Source: Bdellovibrionota bacterium
Lineage (GTDB): Bacteria > Bdellovibrionota_G > JALEGL01 > DATDPG01
DNA length: 64,000 nt
Assembly: GCA_963668355.1 (NCBI GenBank)
Contig: OY764265.1
Location: forward strand, 2,048,001-2,112,000
Reading direction: 5' to 3'
Part shown: piece by piece, positions 49,605-58,771 of the stretch
Numbering within the stretch: position 1 is the stretch's first letter
Layout of the letters: each line of letters starts with the position of its first letter
Position numbers and translations under genes: made by a program
Notes under the pieces: generated by a model
Told to the model about the DNA's origin: nothing
What the model saw: the letters and a program-made list of their open reading frames with translations, nothing else
Database searches by the model: none

Positions 49605-49880
49605 ATGGTGGGTGATGTCCGTCAATATCGGTGGAGCAGTGCACGAGCCCATTTAAAAGGTGAAGATGACGGGCTAGCGAAGGTGAGCCCGATGTTGAAC
49701 CGAGTTGAGGACTGGAAGGCCTATTTGGCTGAGGGCATCGAGAAAGCGGAGATGCGAACGATTGAGCGCCATCTGCGAACGGGCCGACCCAGAGGCGGTG
49801 AGAAATTCATCCAACGGCTGGAGAAGATGACGGGACGAGATCTTCTCCCAAAGAAGCCGGGCCCGGGCAAGGCGAGTTAG
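49605..49880 (+). pseudogene. C-terminal remnant of a REP-associated tyrosine transposase (RAYT-like)
   Basis: YRWSSARAHL...TGRPRGGEKFIQRLEKMTGRDLLPKKPGP; N-terminal HUH region absent; flanked by CTGTCCC motifs. Confidence 0.75.
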
Positions 49881-49890
49881 ATATACTGTC

Positions 49891-49920
49891 CCCTGAAATA
49901 GACTGAAATACCCTGAAATA
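49891..49920 (+). repeat. 3 x 10-bp tandem repeat (NNCTGAAATA)
   Basis: ccctgaaata gactgaaata ccctgaaata. Confidence 0.85.
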
Positions 49921-50029
49921 GAAAAACAACGCGAACAGAAATCGGCCTAAGTCATTGTTTTTACACTTTAAAAAATTTTTCATTTTTTAGCCTTGACTGA
50001 TAAGCCTTATAATATAAGGCTTATTTCCA

Positions 50030-50380
50030 ATGGGCAAAGACATCACAGATGGGCAGGTTCTAAAAGGCCTGCTCGACACGTTGGTTTTGAGCGTTTTGCA
50101 GCAAGAGGACAATTATGGCTTTGGCATTCTACAAGCCGTTCGGGACCGTCTAGGAAACGAAGGATCAATACTCCGGGACGCCACGCTATATCCACTTTTG
50201 CACCGACTTGAATCGAAATTCTTTGTGAAGTCTTATTTCAAACCCGGAGACCGTGGGACTCCACGCAAGTACTACCGGATCACTGAAAATGGAGAGGCTC
50301 ATCTCGCATCAAGAACCGTAGAATGGAAACGGGTCGTGGAAATTCTCCAAAGCACAATTTTTTCTCAAAAGGAGCGTTAG
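50030..50380 (+). CDS. PadR family transcriptional regulator
   Basis: LKGLLDTLVLSVL, YGFGI, TLYPLLHRLE, RKYYRITENG. Confidence 0.92.
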   Translation: MGKDITDGQVLKGLLDTLVLSVLQQEDNYGFGILQAVRDRLGNEGSILRDATLYPLLHRLESKFFVKSYFKPGDRGTPRKYYRITENGEAHLASRTVEWKRVVEILQSTIFSQKER

Positions 50381-50384
50381 TAAG

Positions 50385-51338
50385 ATGTTTAAAGCTCTAA
50401 CTAGAAACTTAGAAAGTTCTGTTCCGAAAGAAATCCTTACAGGGGATTCAATTCTAGATGACTATTTAAAAAGTCTCGACGTCAGACTTGCGGGAGGAAA
50501 AAAAGTTCGCAAAGCATTCCTACTCGAAATTCAGGATCATTTACTCGAAAAGAAAAAAAATCTTTTAGAAACTCTCCCAACGGAAGAAAATGCTTCCAAA
50601 GCTGCCGTCGAAGAAATGGGGCCTCCTGAAGAATTGGCACGCTCCCAAAGCAGTGCCACATGGCGAACCTTTTGGCGACACTTCCTTTCAAGTTCCTCAA
50701 TATACTTTTTTGCAATGCTGTTCTTTTCCTTTATAGATGAAAAAAGTGGAACGTCCGCATTAAACTGTTTCTTCCAAAGCCTTTGGTTTGGCATCTGTAT
50801 GGCTTGGCTGTTTGCGTTTGTTTTCCCTCCCCATCAAATCGATGTATCTAATATTCAAAAAGACACGTACACGGTGGAATACTCCAAAGGCCTCCGTTTT
50901 CTATCTATCTCTCTTTCGCTGTTTTCTCTCTTCATTGTCCTGAACTCTCTGACCAACATTTTTGGGAATGCGGCTTACGTTGGGATTTTCAAAACAAAAG
51001 CGGAATACATCTTTTTTGGCACAATTTACTTCCTTTTGATCCCCGTATTCTTTGCAAATTCCCTGCGAATATACGTAAGTCCAGATGGATTAGCCTACCA
51101 AAGACTTCTTTGGAAAAAACACATTCCTTGGAAACACATCGTGCAAATAACCCCAGCTTTCGGCTCGTCAAGTTGGATTCCTCATTACTGGAAAAATGTC
51201 CTTCATATTCGGTTCCAAATAAATGAAAAGAAGCATGGCACAATTCCCATTTATCCTGACATGCACGGCCGAACCAATCTTCTTCTTGAGATCGAAAAAA
51301 GAATAGACCAAAAACCGCAATTAGAATCCGCGAAATAA
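50385..51338 (+). CDS. PadR-associated membrane protein (HAAS-like N-terminus, TM helices, PH-like C-terminus)
   Basis: EIQDHLLE...AVEEMGPPEELA; ~4 TM segments. Confidence 0.7.
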   Translation: MFKALTRNLESSVPKEILTGDSILDDYLKSLDVRLAGGKKVRKAFLLEIQDHLLEKKKNLLETLPTEENASKAAVEEMGPPEELARSQSSATWRTFWRHFLSSSSIYFFAMLFFSFIDEKSGTSALNCFFQSLWFGICMAWLFAFVFPPHQIDVSNIQKDTYTVEYSKGLRFLSISLSLFSLFIVLNSLTNIFGNAAYVGIFKTKAEYIFFGTIYFLLIPVFFANSLRIYVSPDGLAYQRLLWKKHIPWKHIVQITPAFGSSSWIPHYWKNVLHIRFQINEKKHGTIPIYPDMHGRTNLLLEIEKRIDQKPQLESAK

Positions 51339-51378
51339 GAAGAGGTTGAAGATGAAATTTCTAAAATCGGGGGACCAA

Positions 51379-52344
51379 CTAAGTAGAAGAGCAAGGAGAA
51401 AGTGAGAGGTCCCTGATTTTGGCGTTGGCGATAACGACGATTTTTCTCATGAGGGCGACGGCAGCGACAATGGGTTTTTTGCCCTGTGCGAGGAGATTTC
51501 GATAAAAGTTGCCGAGCGGGGATTTGCTGCGAGAGGCTGTGAGGGCAGCAAGAAAGAGGATGGGCTTGATCTGGACGCGTCCACCTCTTGTCTTTCGGTA
51601 GCCTTCTCGTTTTCCACTTTGATTGGGATGAGGAGCCACTCCAGCGAGAGAAGCGATCTGCTTGCCGGAGATCGTTCCAAGTTCCGGGAGGTCAGCCAAG
51701 AGAGCTGCGGCGACTTTGGGTCCGACGCCTGGAATGGTTTGAATTTCCCGATACTTTTGTAGGAGCTGATCGTTCTCGCGCAGATGAGTTGTGATTTGAG
51801 CTTCGATTTCGGCAATCGTTTCTTTTAAACAAGCCAAGACTCTTTGGACGCTTGCTTTGAGGATTTCCCGATCCGGTCCTTTGAGGCGATTGCGTTCCTG
51901 AGTTTGAATGGCGACCAGTTCTGCGCGCCGTTTCACTAGTTTGGAAAGGATTTCCACATTCAGATCGGGCTTTTGGAAGAGGTCGAGGTGAGGATGTCGT
52001 TCTAGAGCATATTGAGCTAAGGCACGTGCATCGGTGGTGTCTGATTTGCCTTCAATGCCAAAGGAGCGAATAAAGAACTTCACTTTCCTTGGATTGGCCC
52101 GATGTACTTTCAAGTCTCTAGTGGCAAGCTCTTTGAGCAAGGCTTTCTCATAGCCCCCTGTAGCTTCTACAGTCATCAGGGCTGAGGGCAGTTTCTGCCG
52201 GTATTTTCTCAAGAACGTCTGAAATCCAGAGCGTTTATTTTGAAATGTATGGGTCTTTGGATCACCCAAAGCAAAGACTTCGAAGAAATCCTTTCCCATA
52301 TCAATCCCCAAAAAATGCTTGTACTTCCTTGGCTGGTTTCGCAT
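51379..52344 (-). CDS. IS110 family DEDD recombinase/transposase
   Basis: GIDMGK, VEATGGYE, KSDTTDA (DEDD); IPGVGP; NQSGK catalytic Ser; A.MRK; uninterrupted 321 aa. Confidence 0.95.
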   Translation of the reverse strand: MRNQPRKYKHFLGIDMGKDFFEVFALGDPKTHTFQNKRSGFQTFLRKYRQKLPSALMTVEATGGYEKALLKELATRDLKVHRANPRKVKFFIRSFGIEGKSDTTDARALAQYALERHPHLDLFQKPDLNVEILSKLVKRRAELVAIQTQERNRLKGPDREILKASVQRVLACLKETIAEIEAQITTHLRENDQLLQKYREIQTIPGVGPKVAAALLADLPELGTISGKQIASLAGVAPHPNQSGKREGYRKTRGGRVQIKPILFLAALTASRSKSPLGNFYRNLLAQGKKPIVAAVALMRKIVVIANAKIRDLSLSPCSST

Positions 52345-52562
52345 AGTGACTCCAATCTTTGCATTGTATGCGGGCGTAAAGCCCTCTCAACTAATCAAGT
52401 GTAAAGAGATGGCCAGACTGGTACCTGGGTCCCCGCGATCCTCAAGATCTACACACGATCGGTCGCCAGCCGGCTTTCCAGGGAGTTGTTGCAACAACTC
52501 CCTGGAATATCCCTACCAACTCCTTTACATCTGCTTCGTTCGAAGGGATACCCGCACATACA
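52345..52562 (-). ncRNA. Putative IS110 bridge RNA
   Basis: 32-nt perfect palindrome 52476-52507, then segments matching target (52451-52458, 52429-52434) and donor (52388-52394, 52364-52370), each pair flanking a small hairpin. Confidence 0.75.
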
Positions 52563-52564
52563 AC

Positions 52565-52620
52565 ACACGACTGTTTCCGATTTCCAAAAGAAAAGGATAG
52601 CGTCGTGTGTCCCCCGATAC
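52565..52620. repeat. REP-like palindromic repeat, interrupted copy (left-arm start at 51366-51375)
   Basis: Near-identical to 54447-54502 (one mismatch). Confidence 0.9.
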
Positions 52621-52755
52621 AAAATGGAAGAGGTGTTTCTGCGGAGGTGAACCTTTTTTCATAGACGTCCATTGGATGGGGAAAAATGTTAATGGTCGGG
52701 TGAACATGAAAACGTATAAAACATTGAAATAAAAATGAATATTTCAAATTTAATT

Positions 52756-52771
52756 TGGCACGACGCTTGCT
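52756..52771 (+). promoter_or_regulatory. Sigma-54 -24/-12 promoter motif (consensus match)
   Basis: TGGCACGACGCTTGCT, 22 nt before ATG 52794. Confidence 0.75.
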
Positions 52772-52793
52772 TTTATAAACATGCGAGGGGTGT

Positions 52794-54140
52794 ATGAAAC
52801 GGGGCAAGCCTATCTATCTTTTATTGGTTCTTTGTCTCTTCGTCGGATGCGGAGAGTCTGTTCTTTCTGGGGCAGATTTAGGTCTCAATGATTTGGGGTT
52901 TTCTCAGGATGGTTTTTCTGAAGATGGTGACTCGGGCGATGGAAGCTCCGGGGGGAGTTCGAGCGGGGGTGCAGTGGATACCTGCGGTGACGGTGTCCTT
53001 GATTCGGCATCGGAGGATTGTGAACCTGCTTTGGGCGTGAGCCAAACCTGTGAACATGTGGGTTTGGAGAATGGTACGCTTTCCTGCTCGGCAAGTTGCA
53101 CGTTCGATACGAGTCAATGCATACAACCGTCGACGACAGTAACAATTACTACCGTTGATGGAACGTTCACTCATGGGAACAACGTCTCCATCGTTGGGTC
53201 GGGATTTGGATCGAAGATCACGGCTCGGCCACATACTTATGACGCTTTTGATGATGGCATCGTGGCGGATCGATGGCATTGGGAATATGGATTGAGGGCT
53301 TTTGATAATCTTTTCTCCGATGTCACGACAACACTGCGTACGCCATTTTCTGTCAAAAATGCTCGCATCCGAACGGACACGGAATGGAATGAATTGGGTG
53401 GAGGTATGTCAGATACAGCCACGTTTTTTGCCACGCATGACGCACCTTTTACCTCGGCTCGATGGTTTAGTTCGATGTGGGTTAAGTTTTCGGAAGGCTT
53501 CTTCTTTGAGGCTGACTCGGATGGAGTCTGGGGAAATGTGAAAATTTTTCGCAACGGAGGTAATGATGGAAGTCGGGCCAATCAATATGTTTCCATCAAT
53601 CAGAACTTTTGGGGTTTGGCGATTGAATATTCTGAATCAGGTCAACAGAATTTGTATGCCTACGATGGCCCCAGGCCTTCCGATATGGATCTCTCTATTT
53701 GGCATCATTTTCAGTATGAGTTTCAAGAGAACTCGGGCAACGGAGTCGCCGATGGAAAGATGAAATTCAGCATAGACGGCCAAGTAATTGTAGAGCGTTC
53801 CGATGTGGTCACACGTACGGATGAACATCCGGGCCTCAAGCACACATTTATTCCAGCCGGATTTCAAACCGTGCGAGAAGCGCAAGCTGACGGTGAGTAC
53901 ATGCTTTTTGATGAAGTCTATGTCGATTCAAGTGTGGCTCGTGTGGCCATTTGTGATCGGGAAAGTTGGGAAACGGTCGAAACGATTGGGGGACATTGTG
54001 AATTGCAAATTCCAACGGTATGGTCGAATGGTTCAATTTCGTTCGCGGTAAACCAGGGTTCTTTACCAAATGGCACAGCTTACCTATTTGTCATAAATGA
54101 CCGAGGCGTTACGAGTTTAGGCAAAGAAATTAATTTTTAG
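52794..54140 (+). CDS. Lipoprotein (paralog 3) with Cys-rich repeat and shared beta-sandwich domain
   Basis: Lipobox FVGC; CGDGVLD..SEDCE...C...CTFDTSQC; GFGSKITARP, FDEVYVDSSVARV, CELQIPTVW. Confidence 0.7.
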   Translation: MKRGKPIYLLLVLCLFVGCGESVLSGADLGLNDLGFSQDGFSEDGDSGDGSSGGSSSGGAVDTCGDGVLDSASEDCEPALGVSQTCEHVGLENGTLSCSASCTFDTSQCIQPSTTVTITTVDGTFTHGNNVSIVGSGFGSKITARPHTYDAFDDGIVADRWHWEYGLRAFDNLFSDVTTTLRTPFSVKNARIRTDTEWNELGGGMSDTATFFATHDAPFTSARWFSSMWVKFSEGFFFEADSDGVWGNVKIFRNGGNDGSRANQYVSINQNFWGLAIEYSESGQQNLYAYDGPRPSDMDLSIWHHFQYEFQENSGNGVADGKMKFSIDGQVIVERSDVVTRTDEHPGLKHTFIPAGFQTVREAQADGEYMLFDEVYVDSSVARVAICDRESWETVETIGGHCELQIPTVWSNGSISFAVNQGSLPNGTAYLFVINDRGVTSLGKEINF

Positions 54141-54294
54141 GAACTTGGAGACACCATGCTTAATTACTCACCGAGCAAATAAGTATCGAGAAGGGATGAA
54201 GTGGCCGGCTTCATCTCCAACGCGATCGCTGTTAGCGTCGCAAAATCCATAAATAATGACGTACTTTGTGTGAAGCACAGAAAGGAAACCGGCC

Positions 54295-54432
54295 ATGCAA
54301 CATATAGCGATAGACTTAGGGGCAAGCAAGTCCCAGATATATGTACGAGATATTCAGGGGAAAGTCATAGAAGAGAAGCGTTTGGAGACGGCGAAGCTTT
54401 GAGCGTACTTGAAAAAGCCGTCAAAATCGGGG
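54295..54432 (+). pseudogene. 5' remnant of a second IS110-family transposase
   Basis: RBS AAAGGA; translates MQHIAIDLGASKSQIYVRDIQGKVIEEKRLETAKL*AYLKKP; ends at the REP-like repeat. Confidence 0.6.
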
Positions 54433-54436
54433 CCAA

Positions 54437-54500
54437 ATCGGGGGACACACGACTGTTTCCGATTTCCTAAAGAAAAGGATAGCGTCGTGTGTCCCCCGAT
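54437..54500. repeat. REP-like palindromic repeat, intact copy
   Basis: 17-bp perfect inverted repeat ATCGGGGGACACACGAC / GTCGTGTGTCCCCCGAT with 30-nt spacer. Confidence 0.92.
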
Positions 54501-54940
54501 ACACGATTCCTAGATTCTTGGGGAGTGGGCTTTGGCTTTATTGCTTTTTTGAGAGGCTTTCCTCTAAAAAGAAATAAATGTTTCTTGTCCTTTTCGAGTC
54601 CCTCCAAGAAAAAAGAAAACGAACAGTATGTTATTTGCTTATACATTGGACCTCGATACTTCACACGGAGGTCAATTGTGTTCTCCTTCAAATTATGGGA
54701 ATAAAAATAATACCTTGAGTTGCAAGATGCTCCTGGAACTCGGTCTATGATCGTGACGATAAACTGACCACTCTTCCATTTTTCGGAAAGTATGAATGGA
54801 AAACTGCTGCGATCTGCCTTGTAATATTCCGGGTTCGCCGTTGAAGTTATCTTGAAATCTACGATCTCCGGCTCGGCACGCACCGAAAAGCTCGACATTG
54901 TCACAACACAAACAAAAAAAGTTAAGAACGCTCTCAACAC
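54467..54940 (-). CDS. Hypothetical exported protein; C-terminus runs into the repeat
   Basis: Signal peptide; last residues (SGDTRRYPFL) are encoded by the REP-like repeat. Confidence 0.55.
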   Translation of the reverse strand: MLRAFLTFFVCVVTMSSFSVRAEPEIVDFKITSTANPEYYKADRSSFPFILSEKWKSGQFIVTIIDRVPGASCNSRYYFYSHNLKENTIDLRVKYRGPMYKQITYCSFSFFLEGLEKDKKHLFLFRGKPLKKAIKPKPTPQESRNRVSGDTRRYPFL

Positions 54941-55255
54941 AAAACGAGACTATCCTACCGAACCGCCCTTCGTCCTTCTTTATATTCTTCCCATGAGGAA
55001 AAGCCTGGGATTTGAACAGTTCGCTGTCCCCAGATTTTAATTGATGAAATTTGAGGGAGAGGCAACCGGTTGGCTCGAACTTTTCGGTGTCGCAGCGAAC
55101 CTGAAGTTTTATGAAAACTTGAGCCGAGGGGGAACCCAGCGGAGCTGGGTCCGAAGCGAAATCCCTACAGGTCTACAAACGATAGTTTGTGAACCCTCGA
55201 ATTTGATTATGAATTTCCTTGGGTCGTGTTGGCCCGAAGGGCCCGAAATGAAAAA

Positions 55256-55276
55256 TGGCGCGGCGGACGGGACTCG
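55256..55276 (-). repeat. 21-bp duplicate of the tRNA-Asp 3' end (att-like)
   Basis: TGGCGCGGCGGACGGGACTCG identical to 55528-55548. Confidence 0.9.
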
Positions 55277-55527
55277 GTCAGGTTTGCGATCTCGCTTTGC
55301 GAGCTTACAAACCTGACATAACGGACTCTAGAACCTTACGGTTCAAGACTCCGTAAAACCCGAGTCGTTCGGTGCTACTTCAAAAAGAAGCTTTGTGAAT
55401 TATTTCTTGGCTAGCAATATGAAAGGGAGCGAGGGCTAGGACAAGTCTACGCACCTCTCTACCTTGGGTTCTTAGGCATCAGATGAAGGGGAGGTGTATC
55501 TCATTTGGGGTGCACGGGTAGGTTAAT

Positions 55528-55604
<77 letters not shown>

Positions 55605-55726
55605 GCAATGACGTTCTCTTTAACGAGCGGGCCTTTTATCACAACTTGGCTTAAGGTCAAACCCAATTTAAGGCCCTGAAATTTTTGAGGAAAAGCCCTC
55701 AGAAAGCCAGTTTCCTGTTCGTATGT

Positions 55727-57802
55727 TTAAAATTCGATGCGAGCACTTCCGTAAAAGGTTCTCCCTGGGCCTCCGGGGATTTCGTCCTGAATGACCCCTC
55801 GTATGTATTCAGGATATCCATATTGGTCATCCAGAAGGTTTTTCACACTGAAAGCCAAGCGAATATGTTTGTAAGGAAAATATGAAATTTGGGCGTTCAC
55901 CAAATAGTAGGCTGCCGGTCGGGTGTTTGAGGAGGAGCGATCGCCAACATATTGTCCGTTCAATCCCAAATGGAATTTTTTCGTAAAGGCATAGGAGCCG
56001 CCGATATTGGAAAGATAACTGGCGAAGTAGTGAGGAGAGTCATCTTGGTTTTTGTATGAGAAATTCCAGAAAAGGTTCAACTTTCGCGTGGGTTTGATGC
56101 GAACATCAAGTTCAATTCCTTGAATTCGAAATCCGTTTACATTGGAGTAACTGGGGGTGTCTTGCGTGTTTCCCAAAGAGGAGCCCGCAGGAATCGTTCG
56201 GGATCGTTCAATCAAGTCGTCAGTATAGAGAATGAAGTAGCCCAGACTGGCGAGGAATCCTTTTTGGTGCCATTCGAAGGCGAAGTCAAGATTGTTAATG
56301 GTTTCAGGAGAGAGGCCTCCTTCATCCGTTGTGTTTCCTAAGGTATAGGAGAGGTCTCCTCCATACAAAACATTATTGGTGTCGACTCGTTTTTCAAAAA
56401 ACGTGGGGCCTCGAAAAGCTCTGCCAAACAACGCTTTTGCGGTGAGTTTTTCTGTGATTGAAAAAACCATTCCGGCGTTGGTGGCCAGAAAACTTCCATA
56501 ATCCGAATTGTATTGGACGCGTAGACCCGAGCTTAAAGTCCACCATTGCAGAGGTTTAAACTGAACGTTTGTGAAAAAAGCCGTGTCGTAGGAGCTGGGT
56601 TGGTCTAGAAATGCCGAGGAGTTTGTGTCGATTGCGCCTGCCGAAGTTGTGGCGGAGTCTTCGGTGTAGCGAAATTCGTAAGCTTCTGACTTCAAATAAT
56701 CCAGGAGGGCTCCCGCAATGAGTTTGATTTTATTGTCCAAAAAACGCCCATCGTAGTTAAGCTCAACTCCGGTCTTGTGGCTCAAATAATTTTGTTTCAT
56801 TTCATGGGCAGACGAGGCCCCGAAAGAAGTGTGTTGAGCAATGAGCTCATTTTTTTCATATCCATCATGTCGCACACTGAATTTGAAAACGTGATTTTCC
56901 GTGAAACGCAGATTGTAATTCAAGTCCAAGAGCCATCCTCGAAACTGCCGAGGACCTGTAGATTCAACGGTTGGAATGAGTCCAAATTTATCCTTTTTCT
57001 CACGAAAAAAACCAAAGTTAAAAGACCAGTCGTTGAATTTCAGTCCTCCATATAGCGAGTCATAGTCGTTCTCAAAATCGAAGAAATCCTGCGACGCTTG
57101 GGCCGAAGTGTTGGTCACGCCATTCTCATCGATAGACGGATAATAAGGATAACCATTGGTGTTTTGGTGGGCGCCGAATAGAAAATATTTGAGGTCTCCT
57201 TCGCTCCCAGAAATCCCAAACCTCAATTCGTTATGCCAGTAAGATCCTCCCAGCAGGCCCACCTCTCCGCTTACGATGTCCGTGGGTTCTTTGGTAATGA
57301 CGTTGATCACTCCGGCGTAAGCATTCGTTCCATATAAAGTAGAGGAGGGGCCTCGGACCACTTCAACACGCTCAATGGCGGATTGAGGAATTTGATTCAG
57401 GAGATAACTGCCCATGGTTGGGACGTAGAGGGGATGGCCATTTACCATAAACAAGGTCTTGTTATTGTAATGGGGTTGCATCAAGCCACGGAACGTTAGA
57501 GAGCGATATCCGAAATAGGTTTCAATCAATTCAATTCCCGGAAGGAAGGATAGGCGCTCGTATAGCGTGAAAGGTTCAACTTCGGAAAGATCTTCTTGTG
57601 TTAGCACACTGACCATGGCTGGCGTGTCTGAGACTTTTTCTTTTTGTTTGGAAGGCGTCACAATCGTTGAGTTGAGGAGATCCTCCATGGTCATCTCGGA
57701 GATTGCCTGTTCTTTTTGAGTGGGATCTATTTTTTCTTGAGCGAGGCTTAAGCAAGGAGGCAAAAGGATGGTGGTTAGAAGTACAAAAAGAAAGGAGTGC
57801 AT
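55727..57802 (-). CDS. TonB-dependent outer membrane receptor
   Basis: MEDLLN..IVTPSK plug start; IERVEVVRGPSSTLYGTNAYAGVINVITK; NLLD...GRTFY...EF end. Confidence 0.92.
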   Translation of the reverse strand: MHSFLFVLLTTILLPPCLSLAQEKIDPTQKEQAISEMTMEDLLNSTIVTPSKQKEKVSDTPAMVSVLTQEDLSEVEPFTLYERLSFLPGIELIETYFGYRSLTFRGLMQPHYNNKTLFMVNGHPLYVPTMGSYLLNQIPQSAIERVEVVRGPSSTLYGTNAYAGVINVITKEPTDIVSGEVGLLGGSYWHNELRFGISGSEGDLKYFLFGAHQNTNGYPYYPSIDENGVTNTSAQASQDFFDFENDYDSLYGGLKFNDWSFNFGFFREKKDKFGLIPTVESTGPRQFRGWLLDLNYNLRFTENHVFKFSVRHDGYEKNELIAQHTSFGASSAHEMKQNYLSHKTGVELNYDGRFLDNKIKLIAGALLDYLKSEAYEFRYTEDSATTSAGAIDTNSSAFLDQPSSYDTAFFTNVQFKPLQWWTLSSGLRVQYNSDYGSFLATNAGMVFSITEKLTAKALFGRAFRGPTFFEKRVDTNNVLYGGDLSYTLGNTTDEGGLSPETINNLDFAFEWHQKGFLASLGYFILYTDDLIERSRTIPAGSSLGNTQDTPSYSNVNGFRIQGIELDVRIKPTRKLNLFWNFSYKNQDDSPHYFASYLSNIGGSYAFTKKFHLGLNGQYVGDRSSSNTRPAAYYLVNAQISYFPYKHIRLAFSVKNLLDDQYGYPEYIRGVIQDEIPGGPGRTFYGSARIEF

Positions 57803-57907
57803 GGTGAACCTCCGAATTTTGCAGTTTTGTCTCACCCCAAAAAGAGTTTTAAAATGTTATGGAGCAGTTGGCAAAAAAAACAATAATTTTATATGTTTAG
57901 CAAGAGT

Positions 57908-58771
57908 TTACGGATGGGTCGATGTGATTTCGCAGGAAAGGGCCCATTTCCCAGGGGGTTCTGCTTCATAGGTGCATCCTTCTACGGGTCCTTGGATAAG
58001 CGGGTGGTTGTCACGATCCACCAATCTTGCGGAAACCTCAGCGGTTCCGTCCGGGTGAAGACGTGCAACCACGCGCTCATCACTCCCCCCTTTGGCTCCA
58101 ACGATTACGGATCTTTGTGCCTCCCGAACACGCAGATCTCGAAAGAGCCTCTTCCCGCTATGGCCTTGCATTGAGAAGGTCATGGCGAGAGATTCGGTTG
58201 AGTCGGAAGAGTTCGAATCTTTTTCGTCATCTTCCTTTTCCTTTTTTGTGAGTTCAAAAGAATAGGTGATGAGGCAGTTGGCCTTGGACTCAACTTGTTG
58301 ACCTTTGGCGGCGACCATGATGGAACCTGTTCCTTTTCCATCCGGTGAGAATATCCCTGTGGCTGTGGTTGGGGCCGGGGTGGTTACGCCCTCTTCAATT
58401 TCGAAATTGAATTCTCCGGCGAGGCCGAAAGATCCGTCTCGATCAATGTAGCCACGGTAGGTGCTACCATCCACCCACTTGCATTCAAAGGAACCGTCGT
58501 CTTGTTCGCAGGGAACTTCCAACACATCATCTTCCAAAGCTTCAATCGCGTCATACTTGGATGTGGATCGACAATTGAGCTGCCCATACCAAATTTTGAG
58601 TTTAAAAAGGCCGCTCAGTTCATTTCCCCGTGCCGTGCCCGCTCTTTGGGAAATGGTTGTGGCGTTGTTCTTAATGAGGGTGAGTCGTTTGTCGAGCGTA
58701 CTGATGCCTTGGCTGCATCCCAGCAACGATAGGGCAAAAGCAAAGACAAAAATGGACACAAGGCACTTCAC
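57908..58771 (-). CDS. Hypothetical lipoprotein
   Basis: Lipobox LLGC. Confidence 0.6.
   Translation of the reverse strand: MKCLVSIFVFAFALSLLGCSQGISTLDKRLTLIKNNATTISQRAGTARGNELSGLFKLKIWYGQLNCRSTSKYDAIEALEDDVLEVPCEQDDGSFECKWVDGSTYRGYIDRDGSFGLAGEFNFEIEEGVTTPAPTTATGIFSPDGKGTGSIMVAAKGQQVESKANCLITYSFELTKKEKEDDEKDSNSSDSTESLAMTFSMQGHSGKRLFRDLRVREAQRSVIVGAKGGSDERVVARLHPDGTAEVSARLVDRDNHPLIQGPVEGCTYEAEPPGKWALSCEITSTHP

Larger units (their letters stand above)
51376..52564 (-). mobile_element. IS110-family insertion sequence inserted in a REP-like palindrome
   Basis: Junctions GGGGG[AC]CAACTAA and CATACA[AC]ACACGAC reconstruct the intact repeat GGGGGACACACGAC seen at 54440; no terminal inverted repeats; 2-bp core repeated. 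Confidence 0.9.

Noticed and set aside
52442..52807. ORFs across the IS110 leader that share SGDTRRYPFL with ORF 54467-54940
   Set aside because: The shared peptide is just the translated REP-like repeat
55041..55316. 91-aa ORF downstream of tRNA-Asp
   Set aside because: Runs through hairpins and the tRNA-end duplicate; no protein features
55727..57802. Calling the TonB-dependent receptor btuB
   Set aside because: No riboswitch upstream and 28 kb from the cobalamin element; substrate cannot be determined
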